Part shown: positions 60,398 to 64,000 of the stretch, piece by piece
Layout of the letters: the number at the start of each line of letters is the position of its first letter
How positions within the stretch are numbered: position 1 is the first letter of the stretch
Origin: Lama guanicoe
Lineage: Eukaryota
NCBI GenBank assembly: GCA_013239625.1
Contig: MU053629.1
Location: 654,676 to 718,675, forward strand
Reading direction: 5' to 3'
Length of the DNA stretch: 64,000 bases
The notes under the pieces: model-generated
What the model was told of the DNA's origin: nothing
Database searches by the model: none
Seen by the model: the letters and a program-made list of their open reading frames with translations, nothing else
Made by a program: the position numbers and the translations under genes

Positions 60398-60564
60398 GTG
60401 TCCTTGGTGCTGTCAGCTCTTCAGGCTGGGAACAAGGGGACCCAGGCATGTATTACAGCTGCCACTGCCGTGTCCGGGATCATCGCCGACCTGGACACCA
60501 CCATTATGTTTGCAACTGCAGGGACCCTGAATGCAGAGAACAACGAGACCTTTGCAGATCACAG
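60398..60564 (+). CDS. TLN2: TLN2 exon S, VSLVLSAL...TFADH(R), R10/R11 junction
   Basis: ctctgtctacAG|GTG ... CAG|GTatgg; 167 nt, phase 0 to 2. Confidence 0.97.
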
Positions 60565-61505
60565 GTATGGGAGTGGACGCCATCCTGGGGGCTCCTGGAT
60601 GGGAAGAGGTTCAGTGTGGCCTCATGGACTTTGGAGATGGTACCCAAGAGCCAGAAATGTGATTATCTGTTTCAATTTCAACAAGATGCTCAAGTTGGGA
60701 AAGTGAGCCAAGTAGTCAACATAAGTGCCTTTTGTCAACTGTAAACAGGGTCATTTTCCAGGTTTACCTTTCACAGCCTAAATCTGGTCCTCCAGCAGAG
60801 GATACCTTTGTGGTCTTTTTGCTTTTTTAGCTGGAAGAAAGCTGTGCCTCTGATTTGCTTACTAATCCCAGCGAGACTAGAAGTGGCCAGGACGGGCATT
60901 TAGCTCTTACCTAAATGGGGAGTGAAGCTTGGAGCCTGCTGTCTCTCCTGGGCTGGTCCTTCAGGCTCTGCTCCAGAGGCTGGGGCCAGGGTCTCCGCTT
61001 GCTGCTGGAGACGCCCCATCTCCTCACCATGTGTCCAGCACCTATTTTTCCTCTCTCTTCAGCCCCAGGGCTGGGCTGGGGAGGAGATTCCCGGTGTTCT
61101 GTCCTCCCTTCCAGAGCCCCTTGGGCTCTTAGTGTCCTGGGCGGGGTCCCCTGCCCCGTGTATCCTCCCAACCCCTTGTAGCTATGAAGTGTTCTCTGAG
61201 ATCGCGGGAACCACGGGAAAGCAGCTGCAGGGCAGGACAAGGAGGCCGAACGGGTAGGCCTGAATCTTGATGTGAAGCTTTACTGTTAATTGACCATGTG
61301 AATTCTGGGCCCACTTTCCTCTCCCCTCTCCCATCTTTCCTGCCTGGAAGATGAGAGCCCCCCGTTGAGGGAGTAGAAACACATCACCGCTCTCCTCAAT
61401 GCCCTTTAACGAAAGACCCTAGGAGGGTTTCTTTTCTTGCCAACTACCAGTGACCAAGCTCTGCCCTGTGTCTCTCCCCTCCCCTTGCCCTTCCCACCTT
61501 CACAG

Positions 61506-61689
61506 GGAGAACATTTTGAAGACAGCCAAGGCCTTGGTGGAAGACACAAAATTGCTGGTGTCAGGGGCCGCATCCACTCCAGAAAAGCTGGCCCAGGCAG
61601 CCCAGTCCTCAGCAGCCACCATCACCCAGCTCGCCGAGGTGGTCAAGCTGGGGGCCGCCAGCCTGGGCTCTGACGACCCCGAGACCCAG
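61506..61689 (+). CDS. TLN2: TLN2 exon T (probable exon 45), (R)ENILKTAK...DDPETQ, R11
   Basis: ccaccttcacAG|GGAG ... CAG|GTaggt; 184 nt, phase 2 to 0. Confidence 0.97.
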
Positions 61690-64000
61690 GTAGGTAGGTA
61701 GGGGCTTGCATTCCCACAAACGCCATGCACCAGGCCTCAGAAGAAGCCAAATGCAGAATAAGAACTTCTGGAGTAGACTGTATGTGCTTGTGGATCCATG
61801 GTTTGGGGGAACCGGTAGGAAGCACTGTCCAGGCAAGGTCGTGGCATGGACCGTGGTGCGGCCATGGGGATGAGACAGGCCCACAGATTCGGGAGGAATC
61901 TGAAAAGAAGACTCAGCCGAGCTTGGTGTGCGACTGGACTCAGGGAGAGTTTGGAGACAAGGGAGGAGGTGGAGGCCAGGGTGCCAGGCTAGGTCAGTGA
62001 ATGCTCCCTGGGGGGAGGCCTGGCTTGGGCGGAGATGAAGGTGAGTTCAGTTTGGGGCGTGTTGCACTGGACGTTCTGGAGGGACCCGCAGATAGAACGA
62101 GTGAGTGGCCTTGAGCCTGATCAGGTTTGGGGACGTGGAGTCGGGTAGTTACCAGACAGTGACTGCAACTGCGAGGAAGGAGGAGCATGGGGGGGCAGAA
62201 GAAGGCATCAGGGCAGAGCTGAGGAGTCCACCAGCTGGGACCGTTTTAGGAGACAGAGATGCCCATGGAGATTGAGCAGCAGCGGCAGCAGGTCAGAGGA
62301 AAGCCGGGGGCCTGGTGTCAAGAGGAGGGAGTGCTTCAGCCCACCCGGGACACTGCCCAGGAGCAAGAAGGATGCAGGTGGGAGAGCCGGCCCCCAGCCC
62401 CAGGGTCACGGAGGGCAGTGTCGCCCTGCCAGGACTGGCGGTGAGGAGTGGCCAGGCCGGTGAGGAAGGAAGCCAGCGTGTATAGACAGCCGCTGGGCAA
62501 GTTTGGCGCTGAAGGGGAGGAGGGAGAGGAGCTGGAAGGGCCCCCCCGCGCTCTGACTCTCTGCCCCAGGTTTAGCATCACTGATGTTATCTCAGGGTCC
62601 TTGGCCCAAGCCTGGCCCATCGTCTCCTAAGGCAGGGAACCATAGTTGAACCAACAGCCAGCCACGGCCATCGTGAAGGGAGCCTACCCATTCCCGAGTG
62701 CAGAGCTTAATGATCCCTCTGTGGTTTCAACCTCAGCACCATCAAGTGATAAACACTTCAGTTTTCACTGCTTAAACCATACTCACTCAGTAGGGAGCCT
62801 ATTAGGCCCACTTGCACAGCACTGGGTAGAGAACCCCTACCATCCGGCACCCGTGTTGGCCGCAGCTGCCGATCTGGGGAACACACGGCCGCAGGCTTGG
62901 CTCCCACGCGGCAGTGACCCTTCCCTTCCCAACGCTCTCCAGTGGAGCAGAACTCCGTGAGGGAAACATTCCCTGCGTTGCCTTTTGACTCCTGCTGGCT
63001 TTCTCTTTGATAACATCAGAGCTCAGATTGGCTGCCCTCTGGAATTCCAAGCATTCCCAGAAGTCTAGGCCTCGGTATTGTTCTTACCCCGCTGGAGGAA
63101 GGAAAAGCCCAAAAACCGCTCAGGGGGTTTGGAACCCACGCTCTCCCCGAGCCTGGCTCAGCTTTAGCAGAAGTGAGTCAGCCGAGAGGATTTAAATCTT
63201 TGCACACAGAGAAATGTATCGGCTTGTGTAGAGTCTTAACTCCCAAATGGTCTGCATGCCCAAGAGCTCCAGCCTCTTTTGAGACCACCAGTGGAAAATA
63301 CCCCTCAGAAAAGTGCACCCACTCACTGGTCACTGCCCAGTGGACCCGGATGGGGCAGTGAACACCGGGTGTTGGCCGCACACCTGCCGGCTGCCCCTGC
63401 CCTCTGCGATCTCAGGAGCCAGTGTGTGGTCCTCACCGCCGCCTTCCTCATGAGCCCTGTCACAAACTGACCTGCCCTGTGGTTTCAGAGGTTGGCAGAG
63501 ATCCCGTGTGCCCTGTGGGTGAGAAAGCACGGGATGGGGACGGAGGGGGTGTCCAGTCACAGTGTTGCTGTGCTTACAGCTGTCTGGGATGCTCGAATTT
63601 CTTAGATATTTCCACATCTGTTATCCAGTTCATCCCGGCAGCAGTGCAGTGAGACAGGCAAGGCTGGTGCCACAGACCCCTTTAGAGATGAGGAGTGGGG
63701 GCCATAGAGCTTCATACCCTGTGGAGGTGAAGACCGTGGCCCTTGGGATCACAGACCAGAGTCCGCATCTCACCCCTGCCGTTCCCCAGGCTCTGGGAGT
63801 GTGGACACGAGCATCGTAGTTCTCACTGGAAACAGCAGTGGTGAGAGTGAAACAAGATCATGTACATCGTGCTTGGCTCAGCCCCGGGAACACAACCCTC
63901 AGTGAAGGGAAGTTGGTGTTGTTACAGACGTAGGAGTTGTTGTAGCTGCCGGACCCAGAAGACTTAAATGTTACGCCCAACGTTGTGTAATTCCTAAGTG

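Larger units (their letters stand above)
1..64000 (+). other. TLN2: Talin-2 gene body, partial (window starts and ends in introns); 20 coding exons, rod domains R5-R11
   Basis: Exon phases are mutually compatible and join into a stop-free frame (2,876 nt). The peptide matches talin-2 as recalled (ARETAQALKTLAQ, LDEGTPPEPKGTF, IGFQIRTRVQDLGHG) rather than talin-1. Multi-kb introns are typical of TLN2, not the compact TLN1. Confidence 0.98.

Noticed and set aside
3259..61689. Assignment as TLN1 or a processed pseudogene
   Set aside because: Residues match talin-2, introns are large and canonical, and the frame is intact.
61690..64000. MIR190A, the known intronic miRNA of TLN2
   Set aside because: It lies in a more 3' intron; I did not see the mature sequence (TGATATGTTTGATATATTAGG) in this window.
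1..64000. CRISPR arrays, operons, prophage or other prokaryotic systems
   Set aside because: Sequence is spliced mammalian DNA with no repeat-spacer arrays or dense coding regions.

Overview
Mammalian genomic DNA lying entirely inside the talin-2 gene (TLN2, + strand). Twenty coding exons with canonical AG/GT boundaries splice into one uninterrupted frame of 2,876 nt (about 959 aa), covering rod domains R5 (second half) to R11 (first part). By counting back from the known 3' exon structure these are probably coding exons 26-45 (inference). The introns carry ordinary mammalian repeats: L1 fragments, L2, MIR, hAT-Charlie MER5/MER33, a MaLR fragment and two ERV1-like solo LTRs. Four tRNA-Ala-derived SINEs of Vic-1 type, with no Alu, Bov-tA, PRE-1 or CanSINE, point to a camelid genome. 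I see no evidence of a new multi-gene system. The best leads are (i) a 317-bp tandem duplication across an LTR end whose 12 weak/strong differences all run in one direction, (ii) two candidate internal first exons in the 6.3-kb intron 22394-28693 that would give head-less talin-2, (iii) an in-frame 30-nt micro-exon candidate 59 nt upstream of the first exon, and (iv) a perfect HNF1 palindrome. All repeat family names are pattern recognition, not database searches.
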